Shown here piece by piece: positions 1 through 9,076 of a DNA stretch of 64,000 bases. The DNA comes from a candidate division WOR-3 bacterium (GTDB lineage: Bacteria > Hydrothermota > Hydrothermia > JBDRYB01): assembly GCA_039803205.1 (NCBI GenBank), contig JBDRYB010000005.1, forward strand, positions 49,671-113,670. The letters are read 5' to 3'. Both the position numbers and the translations under genes were made by a program. Below the pieces are notes generated by a model that was given only the letters and a program-made list of their open reading frames with translations, was not told where the DNA came from and made no database searches. The number at the start of each line of letters is the position of its first letter. Position 1 is the stretch's first letter.

Positions 1-1
1 T

Positions 2-559
2 TTTCCAGGAGGCGTTCACTCTCCCGGCGCTCTCGCGGACATAGACGGAGATGGAAGGTTTGAATTTTTAGTTTCTCAAATCGGTGTATCTCCTGATACC
101 CTCTACTGTATAAACGCTGAAAACGGTTCCATAGCCTGGAAAAGGGCTCTAGCTTATGAAGTCAACTCACCTTTTGCCGGGGATATAGATGGAGATGGTT
201 GTATAGAGGTGATAGCGACGACCTTAGAATCTGATCCTCAGGGTTACAGTGTTTTTGCTATTGATGATCCTGGCAATACAACTAATTGTGGAATCCTATA
301 TGGAGACGCAAAAGAGGGTTCAAACCGTGGCTCTCTTGAGTTCAAGGCCAAGGGGAGTTCTATATACCTTTCTATCCCATCCGAAGCTTGGGTTTCCCTT
401 GTTCTGTATGATGTTTCGGGTAAGTTATTCCAGAAAATATATGAGGGTGTCCTGAGCCAAGGGGATCACATCCTCATAGCTAGAACAGGGGCCAAAGGGG
501 TCTACTTCGCGGTTCTTAAGTATCAGGGAGAGGTGAGGATCCTGAAAGTGGTAAGGTGA
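2..559 (+). CDS. 5'-truncated secreted FG-GAP/beta-propeller protein with T9SS-like C-terminal sorting domain
   Basis: Frame open from base 2 (FPGGVHSPGALADIDGDGRFE...GDIDGDGCIE FG-GAP motifs); C-terminus ...LYDVSGKL...GVYFAVL...KVVR. Confidence 0.75.
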   Translation, partial: FPGGVHSPGALADIDGDGRFEFLVSQIGVSPDTLYCINAENGSIAWKRALAYEVNSPFAGDIDGDGCIEVIATTLESDPQGYSVFAIDDPGNTTNCGILYGDAKEGSNRGSLEFKAKGSSIYLSIPSEAWVSLVLYDVSGKLFQKIYEGVLSQGDHILIARTGAKGVYFAVLKYQGEVRILKVVR

Positions 560-671
560 ACATGACCAACACAAAGGAAAGGAGCCTCGTAGTTTCTCAG
601 GGCCGGTGCATATCTACATATCTCTGGAAGGCCTGGCCACTTGTTAAGATAAAAACAACGGAGGTTTTATC

Positions 672-2186
672 ATGACAGGGCTTTTGATCTTAGCCGCAGT
701 AGGGCAGTTGTCCCAATTCGTCACGCGCTTAGGTGCAGGAATAAGCCGCCATTTCTCCGTTTCCCAGTTGTCCGACGGAGGATATGTCTGCTCGGGGAAC
801 ACCGTGGTAATGGGTTACAGGTTTGTCATCTGCAGATTCGATCAGAACGGCAACCTATCCTGGTATTACAACATAAGGAGAAGCCCCTCGGCGAGCGAAG
901 ACCCAGGGGGCCAATCGTTCGCAAGAACATCCGATGGAGGATTTGTGGTGACTGGCCAGGTCGCATACATGAACACCAATGATCTCGGCCTCGCTAAGTT
1001 CACCTCTACAGGGACCCTCAGCTGGATGATCTCGCTTAGCTTGAGTAATTCTTCGGACTTTGGCTATTCGGTGATAGAGACATCGGACAACGGTTTGGTT
1101 ATCACGGGATACACGGATACTGATATACTTCTAACCAAATTTAACTCATCCGGAACGCACCTGTGGACCAAGACCATCGGCGGTTCGGGGACAGAGGGGG
1201 GCCGAAGCGTTATAGAGACATCTGACGGCGGCCTGGCTCTGGTTGGATATACGAACAGTTGGGGAGCAGGAAACTATGACATCATCCTTTGCAAGCTGAA
1301 CTCCGCGGGCGATCTTCAGTGGACGAGGACGCTGGGTGGGCCAGAAGACGATCTGGGATACTGCGTAGTTCAAAGTGCCGATGGCGGATTTGTCATTTCC
1401 GGATACACGGAGAACTTTGGCGCTGTGGGCGGCGATAACATACTGGCCAAGTTTGATGGGTCAGGAAATTACCTTTGGAGTGTGGTCTTTGGCTACGGAA
1501 CAACACTCGACACCCTCTCCTCCGTAGCTGAGGGAGCCGGCAGTATACTTGGTGTTGTCTCCTGGAACACGCCCGATGTCTTCACCTTGCACATCCCTTT
1601 TGCCCGGTTTGACGCAAATGGCAACTTCATTAGCGCCTGGAACCCTATGGTAAACGCGGTCGGACCTTCGGAAACCCGTTATTGTTATCCTGGTATAGCA
1701 AAGACCTCTGACGGTGGTTTTGTGACCGTTGGGAGGGATCTTCTCATAAAATACGACGCTTCAGGCTCTACATGCATGGGTTCTGCCGTGACCCCAAACC
1801 TGATTTATCCCAGTCCGACCATAACAACTCTCACATTGTCCGCAACATCCACTACGCCGAGCGTGAGCCCCCTCAGCTATTCCAGGGAGAACCCCTCTCC
1901 TGGCCAGACATGGCCTTGTAATCCTCTTGGGGAAGAGGAAAGCTCGTCTGGTCAGAGCGTTGCTCTTATTTCAGAGCATGGGGTGCTCCGAGTCAATCTA
2001 CCCCAGGGAAGCTATGTTCGGCTTTCTTTATATGAATCTACGGGTCGACTGGCGGTAAACCTATACGAGGGTTTTATGAGCCAGGGGGAACACATCTTCA
2101 CGCCCGAACTTGAGAGTGGAGAGATATACTTGGCTGTGCTCGTATATGGGGGCAGAATTGCGACAACCAAGATAGCGAGTCCATAG
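672..2186 (+). CDS. Secreted beta-propeller repeat protein with T9SS-like C-terminal domain
   Basis: SD GGAGG, signal peptide, repeated W.KT.GG...S.IETSDGG motifs, CTD LYESTGRL...IYLAVL; paralog of 31456-32964. Confidence 0.75.
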   Translation: MTGLLILAAVGQLSQFVTRLGAGISRHFSVSQLSDGGYVCSGNTVVMGYRFVICRFDQNGNLSWYYNIRRSPSASEDPGGQSFARTSDGGFVVTGQVAYMNTNDLGLAKFTSTGTLSWMISLSLSNSSDFGYSVIETSDNGLVITGYTDTDILLTKFNSSGTHLWTKTIGGSGTEGGRSVIETSDGGLALVGYTNSWGAGNYDIILCKLNSAGDLQWTRTLGGPEDDLGYCVVQSADGGFVISGYTENFGAVGGDNILAKFDGSGNYLWSVVFGYGTTLDTLSSVAEGAGSILGVVSWNTPDVFTLHIPFARFDANGNFISAWNPMVNAVGPSETRYCYPGIAKTSDGGFVTVGRDLLIKYDASGSTCMGSAVTPNLIYPSPTITTLTLSATSTTPSVSPLSYSRENPSPGQTWPCNPLGEEESSSGQSVALISEHGVLRVNLPQGSYVRLSLYESTGRLAVNLYEGFMSQGEHIFTPELESGEIYLAVLVYGGRIATTKIASP

Positions 2187-2461
2187 GCTCTTACCCGACC
2201 CATTCCATACCCCCCAGGATTAAAGGCCTGGCCCATGGACTTCGCAATCTGGTAGGGCTTCTGAGATTATGGCAAAGACCAGAAGCCTCTCGGCTGTCTC
2301 TCTCAGGCATGGCGGTCCATGAGGCGGGTGAACATTTTATTATGAGGACATAATTTCAGACCGGGCTCAGAGGCCAACTTTTCTGCTAGGGGGTTAAATA
2401 TGTGTCATCAAAGGTTCCTTAAGTGTTGTTTTCGGGCCCCTCTGCTCCTTAAAATTTCACA

Positions 2462-3199
2462 GTGGGAATTGATACAGATGAGATCACTCTCTTCTCTATC
2501 CACCTGAAGCTGGCCGGGCCATGGAAGCCCAGTAATTTTCCGGGCGAGACCCTCCACGGTTTCCTGTTTAGCCTTCCTGGCTTAAAGGATTATCACGAGG
2601 CTGAAACAAAGCCCTTCTCTCTGAGACTCGTAAAACATGAAGGGAGAACCCTCAAATTGGAGGTTTGTTCCCTTCGCTTTGACCTCGCCGAAAAGCTCTC
2701 GTCTGCAGGCCTGGCACGAGGGGCCCGGATAGGGAATGTGGGGGTATCCGATATGCTAATAAGCCCCTTATCCTCAACGAATTTCGGACGCCTGCTGAGA
2801 ATCAGACCACGAACCCGGTTCACATTCCGTTTCAGAAGCCCCACCTCTTTCAGGAGCCAGGGCCAACAGATCCTTTTCCCTACGCCAGAGCTTCTGTTTG
2901 GCTCACTCATGCAGAAATGGAATGCTTTTGCCAGAAAGAAGATAACCCGTGAGATAGCCGATGACTTCAGGAATATACTGGTCACGAGATATAGCCTTGA
3001 AACGCAAGAGGTTTCGTTCTCTGATTACAAGATAATCGGGTTCACCGGAGAGATTTCATATAGATTTCCCACTGGGATTGATCCCATGGTCAAGATTGTT
3101 GTCAACGCCCTGGCTAGGCTCGCGCCTTACTCAGGCGTGGGATACAAGACCCCGATGGGGCTAGGATGGGTAGAGGTGAAAGGTGATCGCAAAGCTTGA
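2462..3199 (+). CDS. cas6: CRISPR endoribonuclease Cas6
   Basis: C-terminal Gly-rich loop GVGYKTPMGLG; F.SPTSF motif; first gene of cas operon. Confidence 0.92.
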   Translation: MGIDTDEITLFSIHLKLAGPWKPSNFPGETLHGFLFSLPGLKDYHEAETKPFSLRLVKHEGRTLKLEVCSLRFDLAEKLSSAGLARGARIGNVGVSDMLISPLSSTNFGRLLRIRPRTRFTFRFRSPTSFRSQGQQILFPTPELLFGSLMQKWNAFARKKITREIADDFRNILVTRYSLETQEVSFSDYKIIGFTGEISYRFPTGIDPMVKIVVNALARLAPYSGVGYKTPMGLGWVEVKGDRKA

Positions 3200-3263
3200 A
3201 CCAGGCCGGCATCTTGAGTCATTTAGTGCACAATCCCATCCCAGAAGCGAAAAGGAGGAGCGC

Positions 3264-4889
3264 ATGAGCGCTTTTGACGACTTTTTTAAGAAGATAACGG
3301 GCCACGAGCCATACGGGCACCAGTCCGATATGGCGGCCAGGCTCTGGAATAATGGTGATGGGCCAGATGATCAGCCTCTTCTTCTCAGGGCCCCAACGGG
3401 CTCAGGCAAGACAGAGGCCATTGCTCTGCCCTTTCTCTATCAATGGGATGAGGGCAAATGGCCCATCGCACCCAGGCTCATATATGTCCTGCCGATGAGG
3501 GCTCTGGCAAACCAGATATGCGACAGAATAAAGAAATACGCGGATAAGGTGGACAAAAGGATCAGGGTCTCGGTTCAGCACGGTGAGCGCCATGACGACG
3601 CGATGCTCTTTTCTGACATCGTGGTGACGACCCTTGACCAGGCAATTTACGCCTATGCCCGCTCCACGACTATTCACAGACACGCGGAGGTTCCGGCCGG
3701 AGACCTTGCGAACTCCCTGCTCGTTTTTGACGAGGCCCACATGTATTCCCCTTATACCTACGGCATGATCCACGCTTTCCTGGAGATTCTCAGAACCGCG
3801 CGCGTCCCATTCGTGTTCATGACAGCAACTCTGCCGGATAGCCTGAAGAATGACTTTCAGCAAGGAGTCCTCGGCCGAGGGTTTGAGTTTTCCGGCCCTC
3901 GTGTTCAACCTCCGGCGATTGAGAGAAGGATAACCCTTGAAACCAGGCCTGATCCCTTGCTCTCCGAAAACGGAAGCCTTAACCCCAAAGCCCTTGATCT
4001 CATCGGCGACAAAAAGGCCCTCGTTGTCCTCAATCAGGTTGGTCGGGCACAAGAGGTCTATCGGCAGATGAGGAACAAGTTTGGAAAGGATAAGATCGTC
4101 CTCATACATGGCCGATTCACAAAAGAGGACAGGGCAAGGCTTGAGAAAGAGGTTGAAGGGAGGCTGGGCAGAAATGGATCCGGCGGCGTAGTCGTCGCCA
4201 CACAGGTTTGCGAGGTTGGCCTTGACATATCCGCTGATGCCCTTCTGACCGAGCTCGCGCCAGCGGATTCCATCGTCCAGAGAGCTGGCCGGGTCGCCAG
4301 GTGGGGAGGGGAGGGGGAGGTTTATGTTTTTGGGGTCAAGGAAGGCATGGAGAAGGAGGACTTTTGGAAATCGGATGAGGTAGAGAAGGAGGCCCTGCCA
4401 TATGAGGCCAAGCATATCGTTGAGACTCTCAGGGCATTGGAGAACAAACCAGACCTTGCCTCGTGGGATGATGTTCAAAAGTTCACCAAAGACCTCTCCT
4501 ACAGGGTTGACCACTCCGCTTGCTCATCAGCGGCCTGGCACCTACTTGAGGACAGCATCCTCTTGGCAACCGAGAGGCCAAGGCCCGAGGATGTGGCAGT
4601 GAGGGAGGGCAAAAGCATAACGCTCGTGCCTGTGGAAGTAGCAGAGGGAGATATTGACTTGGACAAAAAGGCCATCGGGGTCAGTTTTAACCTTGCTTAC
4701 TTCCACTTTAAGGACGACAAAGGGAAGCTCAAAAAGGTTATGGAGCCAAAGGAGAAAAAGGCCAAAAAAGGCGAAGAACCAAAGAAGGTCTGGGAATCGC
4801 GGGACGCAAAGGCCTCCGATTTCAAGCCTTTTGATGTAGTCTATATCCCTGGTTCCCTTTACAGCAACGAGGAGGGATTACTCCTATGA
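3264..4889 (+). CDS. cas3: Cas3' helicase (no HD domain)
   Basis: APTGSGKT, FDEAH, MTAT, QRAGRVAR; start moved to ATG 3264 after SD AGGAGG. Confidence 0.93.
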   Translation: MSAFDDFFKKITGHEPYGHQSDMAARLWNNGDGPDDQPLLLRAPTGSGKTEAIALPFLYQWDEGKWPIAPRLIYVLPMRALANQICDRIKKYADKVDKRIRVSVQHGERHDDAMLFSDIVVTTLDQAIYAYARSTTIHRHAEVPAGDLANSLLVFDEAHMYSPYTYGMIHAFLEILRTARVPFVFMTATLPDSLKNDFQQGVLGRGFEFSGPRVQPPAIERRITLETRPDPLLSENGSLNPKALDLIGDKKALVVLNQVGRAQEVYRQMRNKFGKDKIVLIHGRFTKEDRARLEKEVEGRLGRNGSGGVVVATQVCEVGLDISADALLTELAPADSIVQRAGRVARWGGEGEVYVFGVKEGMEKEDFWKSDEVEKEALPYEAKHIVETLRALENKPDLASWDDVQKFTKDLSYRVDHSACSSAAWHLLEDSILLATERPRPEDVAVREGKSITLVPVEVAEGDIDLDKKAIGVSFNLAYFHFKDDKGKLKKVMEPKEKKAKKGEEPKKVWESRDAKASDFKPFDVVYIPGSLYSNEEGLLL

Positions 4890-5635
4890 GCGAGAAAATA
4901 GAACTCCTATCAGCACCGAGCGAAACCCTTGTTCAGCACCTTGACCGGGTTCTTGGCAAGTGGGACAAAATAAAAAGCCGCTTTTCTTACACACTTCCCA
5001 GGCTTTTCGGAACACCCTGGGAGGAAATTGAAGAAGCCATCAACCGGATGTTCCTCCTACATGATTTGGGTAAGGCTACAGAGAAGTGGCAAAAGTTTAT
5101 CACCGCTCAGAAAGAAGAGCGGGATAACGAAACAGAGCGAAAAAGCGGCGCTCCCCACGCCCAGCTCGGCGGCGCGTATCTCTGGTGGGCATCTGATCCA
5201 AAAGACGATCTGGTTATGGCCTCCGCGTTCGCCATAGCCATCCACCACACGGACAGCGCTCTGGCTAGGCCTGGCCTTGAGGACCCAGCAACCATGCTGG
5301 TAACCAGCTGGTTGGTCAACGAGGACGATGATACGATCAGGTGGCACAACGGACTGGATGGTTTCATGGGTTGGTTGAGGGACGAACACGGGCTTGACTT
5401 GCCCCATCCTAGGGATATGGGTCTCTATGATGTTTCCGAGTTCGCTTTGGAGCTCCGAAAGTGGGCACGGGGCGCGGAAATCCTTGAACTGCACAGGCGC
5501 CGTCTTCAGGTCGCGGCCCTGCACTCGGTAATCAAGGTCTGCGATATCAGGGCCGCTATAGCTCGCTCGGAGGAGCCGGTCACCCCGGCAAACACCTTCA
5601 CTTGGACAATAGTCAACGGAGGCATGATACCATGA
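4886..5635 (+). CDS. cas3'': Cas3'' HD nuclease (separate gene)
   Basis: ETLVQH, LLHDLGKA, HAQLG, AIHH, CD motifs; ATGA overlap with cas3'. Confidence 0.92.
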   Translation: MSEKIELLSAPSETLVQHLDRVLGKWDKIKSRFSYTLPRLFGTPWEEIEEAINRMFLLHDLGKATEKWQKFITAQKEERDNETERKSGAPHAQLGGAYLWWASDPKDDLVMASAFAIAIHHTDSALARPGLEDPATMLVTSWLVNEDDDTIRWHNGLDGFMGWLRDEHGLDLPHPRDMGLYDVSEFALELRKWARGAEILELHRRRLQVAALHSVIKVCDIRAAIARSEEPVTPANTFTWTIVNGGMIP

Positions 5636-7206
5636 GCAAGATAACCCTATACACGCCGAACACCGGCCTGCCTGACCTTGAGCTCAAGATAGCCTACGGC
5701 CTCTGCCGGGTCGCTTTTGAGGCAGGCCTGGAATTCGTTATGAGGCCGAGGGAGGGGTGGTGGGAGGTGGAGGTGGAGGGAGAAGGTCTGGACTCTGAAA
5801 AGATCAAAGAGCGAATGAAGGGAATCTTTAAAGGTATCCTGAGGCGGTTCCTTTCAACTGAACTAGCCTATAACATGGCCGGCGTAGACCAGCAAAATGA
5901 TGTAAAGCGCTACCAGTATAGTGGTCAAGAGATTACTAGCGATTTTCCGGAAGGCCTTTATGGGCCAGAAAAGGGTGACGGAGATACCCTGTGTGGGCAC
6001 AAAAAACCAACCTCAAAAGAGCCTTTTGATCGGGTATTGCCAACCTTTCTGGGTTATGGTTTTGGAAAGAGCGATAGGAATGACGCGGTGGGAGACAGGG
6101 TTTGCCCGGTCTGCTCGTGGCTTGGGGTGCTAGGCCTCAATTCAACTGTCCTGGAAATTCAAATAAAGGATCAGAAGGAAAAAGCTATCGTCATGCTTGA
6201 GCCTTTATATCCCATAGGATCTCAGGATTTAGCCGAGGTTTTGTCACTTCAAAAGGCTCTCAGTGTAGACATGGAGAGAGAGAAGGAAGCCCTTTATCAA
6301 TCAATAGCCAGTGTGGCCTTGCCTTTGGCCATCCTCGGCAAATACCCGAGCACCATAGGACTACTCTGGAGTTATAACAAGCCAAGATTTGCCATGAGGG
6401 TATACCACCTCAAGAAAGGGAACCGTTGGCAGCTAAAAGGGGAGTCCGAGGCCAAGCTGGAAGATGTGAGGGGGTTCTTGATCTCGTCAAAACATAGCCT
6501 CCCTAACCCATACAACCTTGCCCTACTTAGCAGAATGCTCGAGGTTCGGTGGAGTTCAAAATCCAAAAAATACAAGCCGGTTTACAACTCCGAAAGATTA
6601 TGGGAACTTCTTGCCAAGGTTATCTTCTCAATCCCAGAACAGGAGCAGGCTTCTGTAATAAGCTTTATGCGGGAAGCTTTGGTGTGCCTCGGGAGCCCCC
6701 AAGATGAACCACATCTTTTTAAACCGTATCTTTTTAGCAGGAAAGTCACCCTTTATTTTGCCAAGGAGGTGATTAACATGAGAGTAGAGTTCTTTGACAC
6801 CACAACCGAAGAAGGAAAAGCCATAGAGGCGGTATCCAAGCTTCTGCGATACTTCGTGCGGCAGAAGGATTTTGGATACCTAAACGATCTGATGTCCTCC
6901 AAAAACCCGGAGGACCTCCAGAGGGTTCTCATTCACATGATGAGAACTGCAAATTCCCTTGCCGATAGAGAGGATGAGAAGGGCATACTCTACATACCGG
7001 TTTGCAGGAATAAGACGAAAGAAGAGATCTACCGTGTCTATCTACCACGGAAGGATTATGTGGACTGCTTGATGAGACTCGCCGCCGGGCCTGATTTTGA
7101 GGATCTGAAGTGTGCCCTTTTACTTTCAGGAATGAGCAGAGCACCCAAAAGCTTCGGAGAAGAACCCGTATTAGAAGACGAAGAGACAGAAACCAAGGAG
7201 GATTGA
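5632..7206 (+). CDS. cas8a: Cascade large subunit Cas8a-like with C-terminal Cas11-like region
   Basis: Position between cas3'' and cas7; Cys motifs (LCGH, CPVC); ATGA overlap; 524 aa. Confidence 0.75.
   Translation: MSKITLYTPNTGLPDLELKIAYGLCRVAFEAGLEFVMRPREGWWEVEVEGEGLDSEKIKERMKGIFKGILRRFLSTELAYNMAGVDQQNDVKRYQYSGQEITSDFPEGLYGPEKGDGDTLCGHKKPTSKEPFDRVLPTFLGYGFGKSDRNDAVGDRVCPVCSWLGVLGLNSTVLEIQIKDQKEKAIVMLEPLYPIGSQDLAEVLSLQKALSVDMEREKEALYQSIASVALPLAILGKYPSTIGLLWSYNKPRFAMRVYHLKKGNRWQLKGESEAKLEDVRGFLISSKHSLPNPYNLALLSRMLEVRWSSKSKKYKPVYNSERLWELLAKVIFSIPEQEQASVISFMREALVCLGSPQDEPHLFKPYLFSRKVTLYFAKEVINMRVEFFDTTTEEGKAIEAVSKLLRYFVRQKDFGYLNDLMSSKNPEDLQRVLIHMMRTANSLADREDEKGILYIPVCRNKTKEEIYRVYLPRKDYVDCLMRLAAGPDFEDLKCALLLSGMSRAPKSFGEEPVLEDEETETKED
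6778..7206 (+). CDS. cas11: Putative in-frame internally translated small subunit (Cas11/Csa5-like), 142 aa
   Basis: AAGGAGGTGA-ttaac-ATG in frame inside cas8; helical protein with acidic tail; no separate small-subunit gene in operon. Confidence 0.65.
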   Translation: MRVEFFDTTTEEGKAIEAVSKLLRYFVRQKDFGYLNDLMSSKNPEDLQRVLIHMMRTANSLADREDEKGILYIPVCRNKTKEEIYRVYLPRKDYVDCLMRLAAGPDFEDLKCALLLSGMSRAPKSFGEEPVLEDEETETKED

Positions 7207-7208
7207 AC

Positions 7209-8201
7209 ATGAGCGAGAACGGACCAAAGATAAAAGCCTTCGCAATAGGCGTGAAGATGGAGCTGAATCTTCACGACCTCAACAACGAACTGGCCACTGG
7301 AAATGTATCTGCTATAAGGGTGGCCAAGATGCTCGTTAGGGACGAAAACGGAAAACAAAAAGAGGTGCCTGTCCAGGCAGTATCTGGCAGGATGATCAAG
7401 CACTGGCACTGGGAGCACTACCGTCGTAGATTCACGGCAGAAGAGCTCTGTGGTGCTTGCGCTGTTGGTGAAACCATAAGGCCAGTTCGCCTTGAGAATG
7501 GGATATGGAAGTTTATGGAACCCGAAGATGCTGTGAGAGAATGCGCGGCCTGTGATGTACACGGTTTTCTGATCCCGACCAAGTCCCTGCGGAGAAATTC
7601 ATTGGCTCTTTTTTCATGGCTTCTGCCACCATTGGACTCTCTTGAGTATGCTCTTACTTCAGCTACGCACTCAAGAGTAGCAGCTACTGACTACCCCGTA
7701 GAAAAGAAGAGAGAATCAGAAGAAGAGTCAAGTGAAGGGAAGACAGGCCAGATGATTTACAACAAGGTCTATGCCTCTGGGACCTATGCCTTTGTCTCTT
7801 ATCTGGATGTGGAACACATAGGCTATGGCGAGAAAAGAGAAGGTCAAGAAAGGGTAAGTTTTGTCCCGCTGGTTGAGGAACCCCGAAAACGACTCGCCAG
7901 AGCCAAAGCGGCCATCCTGGCTTATCAGGATATGCTCACCGGTAGACTGGGGGCTTCGCAGGCTTTTGCTCTGCCACACGCTAAAGTCCTTTCGTTTCTG
8001 GCCTGCTATTCCTGCTTTGGTCAATTCCCTGTGCCCGTATCGCCCATATACCCGGACTTTGTGCAGAAGACCGTCGAGCTGATGCCGAATGAGGTTAAAA
8101 TCCTGGGTTATGGAATTGAGAGCCACGACAGGATAACAGAAAAACCTGTTTCTGAGATCTTCAATGAGATCATTGGAAAACTTGAGGGGAGCTGCCAATG
8201 A
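7209..8201 (+). CDS. cas7: Cas7 (DevR/Csa2-like backbone subunit)
   Basis: LNLHDLNNE, AVSGRMIKHWH, CDVHGFL, RRNS motifs; SD AAGGAGG. Confidence 0.9.
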   Translation: MSENGPKIKAFAIGVKMELNLHDLNNELATGNVSAIRVAKMLVRDENGKQKEVPVQAVSGRMIKHWHWEHYRRRFTAEELCGACAVGETIRPVRLENGIWKFMEPEDAVRECAACDVHGFLIPTKSLRRNSLALFSWLLPPLDSLEYALTSATHSRVAATDYPVEKKRESEEESSEGKTGQMIYNKVYASGTYAFVSYLDVEHIGYGEKREGQERVSFVPLVEEPRKRLARAKAAILAYQDMLTGRLGASQAFALPHAKVLSFLACYSCFGQFPVPVSPIYPDFVQKTVELMPNEVKILGYGIESHDRITEKPVSEIFNEIIGKLEGSCQ

Positions 8202-9037
8202 AGGTTTTGGGATTCCACATAAGGGTTTCTTCTTTTTACTCTCCGGGGGTGCCCTGGTCTCGTAGCTCTGCCTATCCTATACCTCCACCTTCGGCAATTT
8301 GCGGGATGCTCGCAAATGCCCTCTGGCTTAGTAGCCACATTCTCAAAACAGACGAACACCCGGCTGTTGCTTGTCTAAGAAGGATTATAGATAAAGCAAA
8401 AGGCATTTGGGCAGGTATGGCAGACGGGATAGCCGTCTCAACTACCGGAACTGTGAAAGATGTCTTTGGGGGCAGTACCGTATACAAAGATGACAGTGTA
8501 ACCAAAGGTGGGAAAAAGGTAAAGGGTATTCGTGGCAAACTTCTCCCAATCCAGGCTTTCATCCAGGATAACCCCGAAGCAAGATCAGGAGAGATCATCC
8601 AAACCGATATCCTCCCCCGCCAGTTCCTTTTCGCGCCTGATGGTTTCAGGGTCTTCGTGGCTTCGGAGGACGGGGAGTTTCTTGAGAAGGTGAAGTATGC
8701 TCTCCAGCACGCGCCTGTTTATCTTGGGGATTCCGAGGGACTGGCAAATGTGATGAATGTTGAGGTGGTGGACGCGACCGAAGAGAAACCAAACGGAATG
8801 TGTGATGTCTCGGTCTATTTCAGGGATGACCTCGCGAGCGGCATAGACGGCGATGGCGGAACATTATACTGGGTCAACGAGAGGGCGATCCTTCCGGGCG
8901 AAAAGAAGGAGCCTATGGTCTCCTACCTGTTTCCCGTGATCCAGCGAGGGAAGACATTCAGGCCCTCCAAGCTCTTGGTGAGGTTCAACGGCAAAGCAAA
9001 GCTTCTCAAGGCTTTCGGCGAGATCCTGCCCATGTAG
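8198..9037 (+). CDS. cas5: Cas5
   Basis: YPIPPPSAICGMLANA and YLGDSEGL motifs. Confidence 0.9.
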   Translation: MKVLGFHIRVSSFYSPGVPWSRSSAYPIPPPSAICGMLANALWLSSHILKTDEHPAVACLRRIIDKAKGIWAGMADGIAVSTTGTVKDVFGGSTVYKDDSVTKGGKKVKGIRGKLLPIQAFIQDNPEARSGEIIQTDILPRQFLFAPDGFRVFVASEDGEFLEKVKYALQHAPVYLGDSEGLANVMNVEVVDATEEKPNGMCDVSVYFRDDLASGIDGDGGTLYWVNERAILPGEKKEPMVSYLFPVIQRGKTFRPSKLLVRFNGKAKLLKAFGEILPM

Positions 9038-9076
9038 GCCTAGGGCCAGCTCTTGTGCCTGCCTTTTCGGGAGGAT

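Noticed and set aside
2197..2230. CCGACCCATTCCATACCCCCCAGGATTAAAG upstream of cas6 as a degenerate repeat (CreTA-like mini-array)
   Set aside because: Only the first 5 nt and scattered bases match; no second repeat or intact handle.
3402..4514. 370-aa antisense ORF (also 25223-26278 and 43275-44252)
   Set aside because: Shadow frames opposite well-supported genes, with no recognisable motifs.
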